A DNA stretch of 64,000 nucleotides, taken from the NCBI RefSeq assembly GCF_009914755.1, contig NC_060926.1. One strand, written 5' to 3'. This document shows, piece after piece, positions 28,010 to 40,095 of the stretch; within the stretch, counting starts at the first letter, position 1, and every line of letters starts with the position of its first letter. A model generated the notes under the pieces. The model saw only the letters and a list, made by a program, of their open reading frames with translations. It did no database searches and had not been told where the DNA came from. Source of the stretch: the human T2T-CHM13v2.0 reference genome, Homo sapiens. Position numbers and translations under genes: made by a program.

Positions 28010-28320
28010 GACTGGGTGCCGTGGCTCACACCTGTAATCCTAGCACTTTGGGAGGCCAAGGCAGGTGGAACACTTGAGACCAGGAGTTTGAGACCAGCCT
28101 GGCCAACATAATGAAACCCCGTCTCTACTAAGAATACAAAAATTAGCCAGGTGTGGTTGTGGGAGCCTGTAATCCCAGCTACTGAGGGAGGCCGAGCCAG
28201 GAGAATCGCTTGAACTTCGGAGGTGGAGGTTGCAGTGAGCTGAGATTACACCAGTGCTTTCCAGCCTGGATGACAGACTGAGACTGTCTCAAAACAAAAG
28301 CAAAAACAAACAAACAAAAG
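28010..28320 (+). mobile_element. Alu (S-type)
   Basis: Full dimer with (CAAA)n tail. Confidence 0.9.
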
Positions 28321-29029
28321 AATTGTAAAGAGTCCGCCTTGCCTACAGAGTAAAGGCTGCACACCTTTGTGTGGCCTCTACCATCTGCACCCATAGGGCA
28401 AAAGGAGCCAGAGGCCTGAGGCTGGCCCTCGGGTGGCAGTGGGAGGCACCTGCTTGAACAGTGGATGCTCCACTCCTTACTTCTTTACCCAGTTTATAGA
28501 CAGACAGTTGAGCTATAGTCCTCTGCACACATGGCTTTTGCTTCAAACTTTTCCGCATGCACTTTCCTCTGCCTGGAATACTTTTCCCTTTTTCCTGCAA
28601 ACTGCAATTCCAATACTGCCTCTTCCTTCAGTTCTCTCTTTTTCCCTGGGCCAAAAGTCATCTCCCGCCTTCTATACTCCCACGCCCCTTACCTGCTGCT
28701 CTCTTGCTACCTCATACTTCCTGCTTGCTCTTGTAGTCACTTGTGTATCTGGTTTGTCTTCCCCACCACCCAGAAGGCTCCTGAGGACATGACCATGTCT
28801 TTGCCACTCCTTAGCACTGGCAGCTGTGCCTGGGGGCCCTCCTGGACAGTTAGGGGCTGTGTGGACTGCAGAGCTGTATGTGAGGTGGCAGTGAGTAGGC
28901 AGAGAGCCCCATGACTTTTCAAGCCCTTGAGCAACGTGGGTGACACACAGAGGTGAGGCTAGGCATGACACCCAGCCACAAGGGTCATGAGGCTCTGCCT
29001 ATGAGGGGAGCTTGGCAAAGAGACCATGG

Positions 29030-29270
29030 AGCGGTGGTCCTCAGAGTGAGGCCCCCAGACCAGCAGCATCAGCATCACCTGAGTATGTGTTAGAAATGCA
29101 GTTTCTTTTTTTTTTTTTCCCAATAAGCGTTTTGCACTCTTAAGAAATGCAGATTATTGGCCCCAGCCCCGACCTACTGAATCGGAAATTCCGTGGGTGG
29201 GGCCCAGCACTCTATGGTCTAAGGAGCCCTCCAGGTGATTCCGATGCACAGAAAACCTTGAGAACCACTG
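29030..29270. mobile_element. MER5A DNA transposon relic, interrupted
   Basis: gaccagcagcatcagcatcacctg...ttagaaatgca...cctactgaatc...ccctccaggtgattc...ttgagaaccactg. Confidence 0.82.
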
Positions 29271-29443
29271 CCATAGAGTTAGAGATTGTGCCCAAGATGG
29301 GAGACCAGGTCATGCCAGGGGAAGCACATGGGCTGTGTAGCCAAACCTCCTAGGTTCAAAGCTCTGCTCTGAGGTTGAATGGCCCAGTGAAGGGGGCTTA
29401 GTGATACCACCTCTTAGGGCTGTCCTCCTCCCATAAAGATCAG

Positions 29444-29628
29444 CAGTGGTCCCTAAGCTTTCATGTGCCTAAGAGTCATCTGGGGTGCTTTTTAAAATGC
29501 AGTTTCCTGACATCTCATTTCAGAAAATCTAATTCTGCAGGCTGGAGTAAGGTTGAGGAATCTATATTTTAAATAAGCCCGAGGTGGTCCTGATGTGAGT
29601 AGGTCAAGTAACATTCTGAGAAGCCCTG
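29444..29628. mobile_element. MER5-family relic
   Basis: cagtggt...tcatctggggtgctt..taaaatgcag...ggaatct.tattttaa. Confidence 0.6.
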
Positions 29629-31339
29629 AAGCAAAGGGCTGTGTGCGACACCTTTTATGTACTAGATAATTCGCAGTGGTGGCTGCAACTCTGTCTATTG
29701 TGAGAACACATCAGGGGACGCTGAAACAGTTGGGGTCGGTGGATGTGCTGGTCTGAGGAGAGGGAGTTCCCTGTGTGCTTCCTAACGCCAGTATTTTCAT
29801 CAAATGAGTTTGACCTGAGAGTGATGTTGAAAGGGCAGACATGAGCATGGGGTCAGCGTGGGGGATTGGGAGCCAGTGTGAAGGGGCGGTACTTCCGTGG
29901 TGGGTTGTTCGGGGCCATTGAGTGTATGTGCCTATTAGGTTTAGGGGGGCACCTGCCCCCTCCTTCCTGGCTGGTGTAACTGTGTTTGCCACAGTGAGAG
30001 TTGGGCTTGTGGGTGCAGCAGGGCTGGGATGTCAGGGACTGGTTCCAAAGATGGTTTTTGCTATGTGGCCAGGGAAAAAACTAGGTGGCACCGGATTCTG
30101 GTATGGAGCCTCAGGAATCCTCGATCAGCTTCCTTGGTCACTCACTTTTGGAGGTATGGAGGGGCAGAGGCTACTGCCTTGTCTGGAAGAGGCCTGGGCT
30201 GCTCTGACAGTCTGTCTCTCCAAGGGGCTTGAGGATGGGGGTCTGCTTCATGGCTAGATGCCCTCCAGCATGCTGTTCCCCTGGGCACCACCAGGGGTCT
30301 CTGAGGCTCCCTGCAAACCTTGACCATCTGGCCTTCAGCTCTGCTTCCGTTCCCAGTCCCTGGGCCCGTGAGCCTCCTCAGTACTGTCCAGCCTGGAGGT
30401 GACCCTGGGGCAGGACTCCAGGCTCCATAGAGGGGTAGGACCGCCCACCTGCGGAGCCATGCCTGTGATCTCAGCATCAAATGCCTTAAGCACCAAATGC
30501 CATTCTGACTTCCCTCCCCAACCCTACCTCAAGACAGCCAGCCTGAACCGTGGGCCCCTCCTCTGCCCGGCCCCCAGCCCTCCTTCCTTACTGGCCATGC
30601 TGGGAAACACAGGTCATGGCTTGGGAATGTGGCCCCGGGTTGCGGGGTGAGGTGATAGGAAGAGGGAGAAGGACATGTGACCCCTGCTCAACAGCCCCCT
30701 TCTCTCAGGTTCTGTGTCCAAACCCTTTCCCCATCCCAGATACAAATGGGTTCTCATGATAAGGGGCCATTTGGGGGAGGCAGCCCCCGCTGTCCTCTTT
30801 AGCGGGGCTAAGGTGGGTGGCGGGCAAGTTGCCAACAGGTGCCCTGGCGGTTTGGGTAGGAAGGCTGGATGTGGGCTTAGGCCCTGTGGTGGCTGCTGGC
30901 CAGACCTTCCATGGCAGGGATGAGGGGGCAGAGGTGGGATTCTGGGCCCCCTCAGATTCTTCCCCCACCTCTGTGAAGGAGGGCAAAGATCTTGACAGTT
31001 CTCCGATTTTCGGGGCCAAAGAAAACAGGTATGCCCTGGCTCTGTAGTATTTGAGGCTCGTTAGCGCATTCCCCGGTCAGGGATCTTGGTGGTTCCGTCA
31101 GAGCAAGGGGCAACACAGGGAACATTTCCCACGGGCACCTTCTTTGGTGGACGTGTCAGAACAAATGGGTCAGGGCAAGTGTCCCTATTGGCACAGCGCA
31201 GTGCCACCCCTCCCCTGTCTTGCTCGGGGACGGAGGCCCCACACCTTGAGTCAAGGCACCGCAGAGCGGGCTTTGCTCTTGTCAGGGTCTGAAGCTGTAA
31301 GGAGAAGAAAGGCAGATCCCGCGGCTTGGGAGTGAGCAG

Positions 31340-31554
31340 AGTGGCTAAATCCAGACGGCCGCGCTCCGCCCTCCCTCCCCTCTCCCCTCTCCTCCTCCTC
31401 CACACCAGGGCCCAGGCTGCCTGTGGTCTCGGCAGGCACCACCTTCCTAGCCAGCTGCCTGCCGGCCTGCCATCCAACCTCCTCCTTCCCCTCCTCAGGC
31501 GCCTTCCCCTCCCCCAGGGCCTTCTCCGTGCAGGGCCTCAGCTGGGTCAGCCGA
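31340..31554 (+). other. SPEG: Probable non-coding first exon/promoter of SPEG-alpha and APEG-1 isoforms
   Basis: GC-rich proximal elements, two CAGCTG E-boxes (31452, 31539), donor CGA|GTGAGT 1 kb upstream of exon 7, which holds the internal ATG; start position approximate. Confidence 0.6.
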
Positions 31555-32590
31555 GTGAGTGGGGCTGGGCAGGCTGGACAGGCTGGGCTCCTGCTCCCTG
31601 GGGAGCCACGCTGGGGTGGGCAGTGGGCAGGCAGCAGGAGGGCCTGGTGCCAGGGCAGAGCCTTCAGGACAGGCACAGGCTGGGGTCTGTGTGCAGAGCC
31701 TCGGGGTGAGTTGGGGTACAGCCCTGCTGGGGGCTTGGGGTGGGGGGACCCTGGGGAGAACCTAGGGGGCTGTGGCAGTTTCATGTCTGTATTTGGCAGT
31801 CGGATAGGAGCCAGCTCAGCGAGACTGGGACCCTGGCCAGTTGCAGGGGAGGGCGTCAGGGCCCTGGGGACACCCCTCCCCCAAGGCTGACTCTGGTGCC
31901 CCCCTCCTCTTCCCCCAGGCTGAGCTGCCCTTTTTGGTGGATGACTCCAGCTCTGCTTTCCTATCCCTCGAGCGTTTGGGGGTGCAAGCTGTAGGGCTGT
32001 GGCCAACAGGTGCCCCTGGGGTTTGCACGGCAGGAAGCTGAGAAGGGAAAGGGGGAGGGGCAGGCTAGATAGTGCCGCCTCATTGGCCCTGGACCGAGGT
32101 CGGGATGTGACTTGTCTGCGGTGTGTGTTCCTCTGCACCAGGCCCAGCTCACCCAAGAAATGGGCGTCCTAGCCATGCTGCTCCAGGGTTCCATAGACCT
32201 GCTTCCCCTGCTTTTGGAGCCTGCAGTTGGTAGTTTAGGTCTCTAGTCCATGTCAGGAATGTGGGTGCCCTGCTCCAGTGGAATTCTCCCACCAGGCCCA
32301 GGAGTGGCCCCTCTGCTGCCCGAACCCTTTGCCCCAGGCCTTTCCCTATGGTGTCCCCTCCTGGGAGGATCAGCAGGGTCGGTGTTGGCAGAGCCAGTGG
32401 CAGAGGAGGTTCCAGGGGCTCAGGGAGGGGAAGAAGCTGGGCGAGGTCGCAGGAGCCTGGGGGTGAAGTCAGGGCAGGGCCGGCCTGCGGGGAGCTGCCG
32501 CAACTCCTGGGCTCTGGGCGACATTCCAGCCAGCTCTCCCAGGCTCTCTGCTCGCCTTCCTCCCTGGTAGCTATCTCTGTCTCTCTCCAG

Positions 32591-32766
32591 GTGGGTCTAC
32601 ATCCCCTTTCAGCAGCCCCATCACCTCCGACGAGGAATACCTGAGCCCCCCAGAGGAGTTCCCAGAGCCTGGGGAGACCTGGCCGCGAACCCCCACCATG
32701 AAGCCCAGTCCCAGCCAGAACCGCCGTTCTTCTGACACTGGCTCCAAGGCACCCCCCACCTTCAAG
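32591..32766 (+). CDS. SPEG: SPEG exon 7; contains internal ATG 32698 (MKPSPSQN..., APEG-1/SPEG-alpha start)
   Basis: ctctccag| ... AAG|GTCAGA; CCACCATGA Kozak. Confidence 0.96.
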
Positions 32767-33006
32767 GTCAGACCCCTGAGGCTGGGGCCTAGCCTCCTGT
32801 GTGCCCCCGTTCCTTTGGGTGCCCCCTTGTTCTTGGGGCCATGCCTAGGCAACATCAAGACCTGGAACTTTGCTCCCATTCAAACCCTCTTACCCAGAGC
32901 CAGTCTCAGCCTGGCTGTGGAAGAGTCCTCCGTCTCAGATTCCACAGCCCCCAGGACCCAAGGCTCTGCCCTGTCTTCCCCTGACACTTTGGGGTACCCC
33001 CTTCAG

Positions 33007-33095
33007 GTCTCACTTATGGACCAGTCAGTAAGAGAAGGCCAAGATGTCATCATGAGCATCCGCGTGCAGGGGGAGCCCAAGCCTGTGGTCTCCTG
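33007..33095 (+). CDS. SPEG: SPEG exon 8 (Ig)
   Basis: cttcag| ... TG|GTGAGT; [11 protein letters not shown]... Confidence 0.96.
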
Positions 33096-33343
33096 GTGAG
33101 TAGCCGCACTTTCCACCACCCACCAGCGACTCTATGCCAGGCCTGGCTCTGGGAGGTCTGGCTTTGGGTGGAAGGAAATGGAATCTTGGTGGGCTTCCCC
33201 ATGATCTGCCTCAGGGGCCTCATCTCAGGGACAGCAGTGTACTCCCCCTGGCACCCTGTCCCTTGCCCCATGTTCCAGGCTTATTTAGGGCTTCCCCTTC
33301 TGGGGAGGGGTTTGGGTCTCATGTCTGTCCATTTGGGATAAAT

Positions 33344-33930
<587 letters not shown>

Positions 33931-34098
33931 ACATGCAACAATTTGTTTCTGAGCTGCCAGCAGCCCCGAGTTAAATGTGGGTCTAAGCAGAGGGGCCTCG
34001 CTCATCCCAGGTGCCTGGAAGATGGATTACTCAGCTTGCTAATTTTTTATGGTTTGAATTCTGTTTTTCATTTTTAATTGATTGTCTGGTCCCCACTG

Positions 34099-34427
<329 letters not shown>

Positions 34428-34541
34428 TGATTTTTTTTTTTAACATTGTAAGTTTTTTCATATCCCTTTTGGGAAGTGGGAAAGCTATCTGTCCATTATA
34501 AATAAATAAAAATAAGACATGGGGAAGTTTAAGAATTATTA

Positions 34542-34862
<321 letters not shown>

Positions 34863-35147
34863 AAGAGCTAAATAGCACGGCTCCACTCTGAATGCAGCAG
34901 GGTTCCGAGAAGGGAGAGCTGCAGGCAGTTAGAAGTGACCTGGAAGCTCCTAGAGGTGGGTGGGATGGCAGAGTGGGGGTAAAAACCTAGCCCTGGAAAC
35001 CAGGGATGCCCACGGTCAGTGGGACAGATCTGGGGACTGGGCAAACTGCACAGGGAAGGAGAGGCCTGCACAGTGCTGCAGCCCCAGTTCCTGTGCACGC
35101 ACATCAGGCCCCTGGGCCCTGGGACTGAGTTCTTGCCCCTCTGACAG

Positions 35148-35323
35148 GCTGAGAAACCGCCAGCCCGTGCGCCCAGACCAGCGGCGCTTTGCGGAGGAGG
35201 CTGAGGGTGGGCTGTGCCGGCTGCGGATCCTGGCTGCAGAGCGTGGCGATGCTGGTTTCTACACTTGCAAAGCGGTCAATGAGTATGGTGCTCGGCAGTG
35301 CGAGGCCCGCTTGGAGGTCCGAG
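35148..35323 (+). CDS. SPEG: SPEG exon 9 (Ig with RGD at 35242-35250)
   Basis: ctgacag| ... G|GTGAGT; [11 protein letters not shown]. Confidence 0.96.
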
Positions 35324-36504
35324 GTGAGTACCTGATTTCTCCATGAATGCCCACCTGGCCCTGGCCCCTTCCTTCCCCCACTGTCTGCTCTCACACAGCC
35401 TCAGTTAGAGGATGCCACCACTGAAAGGGCCTTAAGGGGCCCCTAGTCCAGCTGCTTATATTATTGTTGAGTGAACCAAAGCCCAGAGACAGGAAGTGAC
35501 CTGCCCAAAGCTGCACAGCACATTGTTCCGTGCTCAGCTTACTACACAACACCACCTTCCCTGTTGCTCCATCACGGAGCCCTGGCGGCAGCCAGAGACC
35601 CTGCACCTGCCACTGGCCAAGCTCTCTCTACACTCTTCTGAGCCTTTGTCACCCTGCTCTGCCCAGGACCCTCCCTCATCCCCCTCCCCTTCTCCTCTCG
35701 CCCCTTTGCCCACCCTCCCATCCCATTGCTGTGCAGAAGCTACTGTGAGGTAGCGGTGGGGAGAGTCTGGTGGCTGGACCCGTTCGGAGGGGCCCTTGGG
35801 GTGGCTTAGGCTTGGAGCATCACAGGGACCCTAGGGTGCCAGGGTGAGCACAGCTGTGACGTGTGAAGAGGCCTGGGCCCCCAGAGCCTGGGGCATATGT
35901 GCAGGGGCCCTCTCAGGCAGCAGAAATGCCAGGCCCTGGCTAGGGGGCCCTCGAGGGCCATGGGTTTTCCTCCCCAAAGGCCACAACCGTTTATCTTGCC
36001 TTCCACCTCACCCTTCGCCTCAATGGCTCCTCGCTTCCTCTCCTCGCTTCTCACTCAGCCCCCAGCCCCTGACCTTCCCCAAGGCTCAGAGCTCAGACCC
36101 TGACAGTCATGGTCCCTCTGCTGGCCCCCCTGCCTCAGTTCCCCTCCTCTGTGCCTGCCGTTCCTGTAGTTGCCACTTCCTTGGTCTCCAGATTCTTCAG
36201 CCCTCCTCCCCGGCCTGCTTTCTCTCCAGGGCCTGGCTCTGCCTCGCTTCTCTGTATTAACCCATGTCTTGGTGCTTCTTTCTCTTGGGGATTCCTTCCG
36301 ACACCCCCAGGCTTTGGGGTGCTCCTGATCCCATGAATGCCTGGTTGCCCGGGGTCTCTGCCTGCCCAGGAACCCCGAGGAACCAGTCTCTGGCTAGCTG
36401 CCGGCCCTCGCAGCCCAGAGCTGTCCTTGGGGGAGCCAAGAGTGGCAGTGCTGCCCTGACGGTGTGAGAGGCAGCCCTCTATGCAGAAGGGCCCTAGCCA
36501 GGTC

Positions 36505-36725
36505 TGCGTGCCTGTGCGTGCATGTGTGCGTGTGCGTGCGCATGCGTGCGTGTATGTGCATGCATGTGTGTGCATGTGTGTGCGTGTGTGCGTGCGTGTG
36601 CATGTGTGCGTATGGGTGTGTGCATGCGTGTGTGTGTGTGCGCGTGTGCGTGCGCGTGTGCGTGCATGTGTGCGTGTGCATGCGTGTGTGTGCATGTGTG
36701 TGTGTGCGCGTGCGTGTGCGTATGC
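36505..36725. repeat. Complex (TG/CG/CA) alternating purine-pyrimidine repeat
   Basis: ~220 nt of gtgtgcgtgcatgt-type units. Confidence 0.95.
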
Positions 36726-36771
36726 TGCACTAACCTGCCGCTTGCTGACTGAGGTTTTTGTCTGTACACAG

Positions 36772-37580
36772 GCGAGTGAGCTCAGGGGGCCACCTGCGCT
36801 CCCCCCGCTACCCTCCGAGCCGCGCCCCTGTCTCAGGCACCTCTCGGACCTCGCTGTGTTTCACTGCCTCCTGCCCACAGACCCAGGCCTGCCGGCCCGG
36901 ACCCGTCCCAGCCTCCCCTCCCCACCCCATGCAGCCCCCAGGGGGATAGCCCATGGGCCCCTGTGGACCCTCCCTCCCCAAGTGGACACATGGCTGTGCA
37001 GGCCAGGAGGCCCACAGATGGACTGAGTGCTGGGAAGGGGCGGCTGCGAGGGGTATCAACCCCCCGAGTCTCTCCCTGAAGGGGAGCACCGGGCGAGTGC
37101 ATGTGCTACTGCTGCTACAGGCCTGTCTATCTGTTTGTCTGTCTGTGTGTCTGTGACAGTCAGGGAAGGATGCCTCGGAGCTGAGGTGGGGTGAGACAGA
37201 GTGGGAGAGATTACGGCATGGCATGGAGGGGCCCAAGGAGCAGGGGCTGTTGACAAAGGCCTTACCAGGAAGGGTTAGGACACTGACCATTCTAGAAATG
37301 GGTTTCGAATGGCACAACACTTTCTATTTCACAAAAGACCAAAAGCCAGAGGCCCCAGGCTCTGTGCTGATGAACAGCCTGGCTGAGCCCTGGCCCTGGC
37401 AGGTTTAGGGCCCATTTGGGGCCCCCTCCTTCTCTGTCAGGGCTGGGGTGCTCTGTCTGGGAATGAGGGAGTTAACCAAGTTTGGTGCAGGAGCAGGGGC
37501 AGGGGGCCACTGTAGTGAGCGTGGAGAAATTTGGAAACACCTATTTCTTAACTCAAATAAAGTCCAGTTTGTACCTATCT
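36772..37580 (+). other. SPEG: Alternative internal terminal exon (adds GE*, TGA 36777-36779) of short kinase-less isoforms APEG-1/BPEG
   Basis: Branch CACTAAC 36728-36734, acceptor tacacag|, phase-1 join gives RLEVRGE*; ATG 32698 to this stop = 113 aa. Confidence 0.85.
37556..37561 (+). terminator. Internal polyadenylation signal AATAAA
   Basis: Followed ~20 nt later by a GU/U-rich element (ggtgtgttgtgttttttttt). Confidence 0.85.
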
Positions 37581-37889
37581 GGTGTGTTGTGTTTTTTTTT
37601 TCCCCCGCCGATGTCTCTGCCACCACGTGGCCCTCTCAGTTTCCCCTCCCTCAGTTCCCTCTTGCCTCCATGAATCACCCTCCCTGGCCCAGCTTGGATT
37701 GCCATCTCAAAGCCAGGTCTGGGCATGCCTTGCTGTCCTGGCCAGGTGGGTGGGCTTTCCCCATCTCCAGAGAACAAAATGCATCTCTCTCTCTGTGTCT
37801 GTCTGTCTCTCTGTGCGTGCGTATGTGTGTCTCCCTCACCCTGTGTGTCTCTGCTCTGTGCGTGGCCCCCGTGGCTGCTTTCCCCTCAG

Positions 37890-38150
37890 CACACCCTGAA
37901 AGCCGGTCCCTGGCCGTGCTGGCCCCCCTGCAGGACGTGGACGTGGGGGCCGGGGAGATGGCGCTGTTTGAGTGCCTGGTGGCGGGGCCCACTGACGTGG
38001 AGGTGGATTGGCTGTGCCGTGGCCGCCTGCTGCAGCCTGCACTGCTCAAATGCAAGATGCATTTCGATGGCCGCAAATGCAAGCTGCTACTTACATCTGT
38101 ACATGAGGACGACAGTGGCGTCTACACCTGCAAGCTCAGCACGGCCAAAG
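37890..38150 (+). CDS. SPEG: SPEG exon 10 (Ig)
   Basis: cccctcag| ... AAG|GTAACT; AHPESRS...DDSGVYTC. Confidence 0.96.
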
Positions 38151-38399
38151 GTAACTCCCCACTCAGGCATTGGGCTGCCGTGGGTGCCCAAGAGCTGGAG
38201 GGAGGGGACTGGGGGTGTACAGTAAGATGCCTGGGAAACAGAGCTCCAACCCCGAGGGGAAGCGGGGGAGGGTGGGAGCTAGTACATTGCCTTGGCCTCA
38301 ATAAAATAAGCACTTAGAATAGTGCATAGCACAAAGGAAAGGCCGCAACAGGGTTAACTGTTCCTAGGAGGGAGTGCATCTGCTGAGGTGAACGTGGGT

Positions 38400-38665
38400 T
38401 CCCACGCCTGCCCTGCAAGTCACCAGCCATATAACTTTGAACAAGTCAGTTCATCTCTCTGAGCTTTAGCCTGTTCATCTGTAGAACAGGGATGGTGATC
38501 ATTCCTCCTCTGTAGAGGGATTGGCAGGATTAATGAGATAGTTTATGTGAAGAACAAAGCACAGGGCCTGTCAAAGGGCCTTTCCAGGAGAGGGTAGGGC
38601 ACTGAGCATTCCAGAAATGGGTTTCAAATGGCACACCTGCCTAATAAATGCCAGCCATTGTTACC
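38400..38665 (+). mobile_element. MIR, interrupted by a local duplication
   Basis: ctctctgagc...ttcatctgta..ac.gggatg...aggattaatgagat...agcacagggcc[...]tggcaca...aataaatg. Confidence 0.7.
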
Positions 38666-39293
38666 ACTGATGCTATCTCTGACCTGGGCCTGCCCACATG
38701 GAAGGGCAGAGATTATGGCACCTGCCTTGCTACGTTGTGGGTGATGAAGACCTAAGCGGAAGCTGGAGGGGCTTTAGAAGCAGGAGGGTGCATCGGGTCA
38801 ACATAAGGGACCCTTATCTCCTCCAGAAGCTTCTTTGAGGGTTGGTAGGTGGGGCCAAGGGGCATCTGCTCTGGGTCTGGGGAAGGTGGCTAGGAGCATG
38901 GGCATGACCCCAGCACAGAGGAGAATTCTGAGAAGTAGATGGAGGAGGGGTGGGCTTGGCTTCTAGGACCCTATCAGAGCTGGGCTGTGCTTCATCCAGG
39001 GTGGGCAGGGTGAGGGGAGGAGGGGGGAGCTGGGGCCAGGCCCTGGGCTCAGGCCCTGGGCTCCTATGGAGTCCCCAGCCCACCATGGCAGTCTGCACCC
39101 ACCCTTGCTGACCTCCACCCTCTCGAGGTCTAGTCTCTGGATCTGTGCCCACTTCCTCCCCTGAGTACCCAGAGCCTTTGCTGGGCTCTGCCCAGGCTCC
39201 AGCTTCCTGCTCAGCCTTAGGTCAGGAGTGGTGGGTTGGGATGCCTGGGCCTCCTTAGCCTTCCCTATCTCTGAGCTGCCCCCTGCCCCACAG

Positions 39294-39452
39294 ATGAGCT
39301 GACCTGCAGTGCCCGGCTGACCGTGCGGCCCTCGTTGGCACCCCTGTTCACACGGCTGCTGGAAGATGTGGAGGTGTTGGAGGGCCGAGCTGCCCGTTTC
39401 GACTGCAAGATCAGTGGCACCCCGCCCCCTGTTGTTACCTGGACTCATTTTG
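39294..39452 (+). CDS. SPEG: SPEG exon 11 (Ig)
   Basis: ccacag| ... G|GTACGG; DELTCSARL...[10 protein letters not shown]. Confidence 0.96.
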
Positions 39453-39574
39453 GTACGGCCCCTGTGCTGCAGGTGTTGAGGGCCCCCCCAAGGGCCCAGG
39501 CGGCGATGGGGTGCACCCAGAGGGCAGGGCCCCTCACTGTGCCTGCTCTGCATTCCCACCCCTCCTTTCTGCAG

Positions 39575-39764
39575 GCTGCCCCATGGAGGAGAGTGAGAAC
39601 TTGCGGCTGCGGCAGGACGGGGGTCTGCACTCACTGCACATTGCCCATGTGGGCAGCGAGGACGAGGGGCTCTATGCGGTCAGTGCTGTTAACACCCATG
39701 GCCAGGCCCACTGCTCAGCCCAGCTGTATGTAGAAGAGCCCCGGACAGCCGCCTCAGGCCCCAG
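39575..39764 (+). CDS. SPEG: SPEG exon 12 (Ig)
   Basis: ttctgcag| ... AG|GTACCA; EDEGLYAV. Confidence 0.96.
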
Positions 39765-39871
39765 GTACCACCGGGGCCCCAAATGATGCTGGGGCTGCCT
39801 GTGAGGGGCCAGCCCAGCCCTGGGGTGGGAGGCACGGCCCTGGGCCTGTGGGCAGCTGTGTGGTCTTGCAG

Positions 39872-40095
39872 CTCGAAGCTGGAGAAGATGCCATCCATTC
39901 CCGAGGAGCCAGAGCAGGGTGAGCTGGAGCGGCTGTCCATTCCCGACTTCCTGCGGCCACTGCAGGACCTGGAGGTGGGACTGGCCAAGGAGGCCATGCT
40001 AGAGTGCCAGGTGACCGGCCTGCCCTACCCCACCATCAGCTGGTTCCACAATGGCCACCGCATCCAGAGCAGCGACGACCGGCGCATGACACAGT
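39872..40095 (+). CDS. SPEG: SPEG exon 13 (Ig)
   Basis: cttgcag| ... T|GTACGT; PDFLRPLQD. Confidence 0.95.

Noticed and set aside
31251-32156. 301-aa minus-strand ORF
   Set aside because: Low-complexity Pro/Gly/Arg product from GC-rich intron/promoter DNA; no domain
36772-36781. Possible 4-nt exon (cag|GCGA|gtgagc)
   Set aside because: Frameshifting and implausibly small; better explained as the start of the terminal exon
36135-37026. His/Thr- and Cys/Val-repeat ORFs
   Set aside because: Translations of the TG/CA microsatellite
38299-38650. AATAAA hexamers shortly after exon 10
   Set aside because: Lie in MIR-derived sequence without a downstream GU/U element
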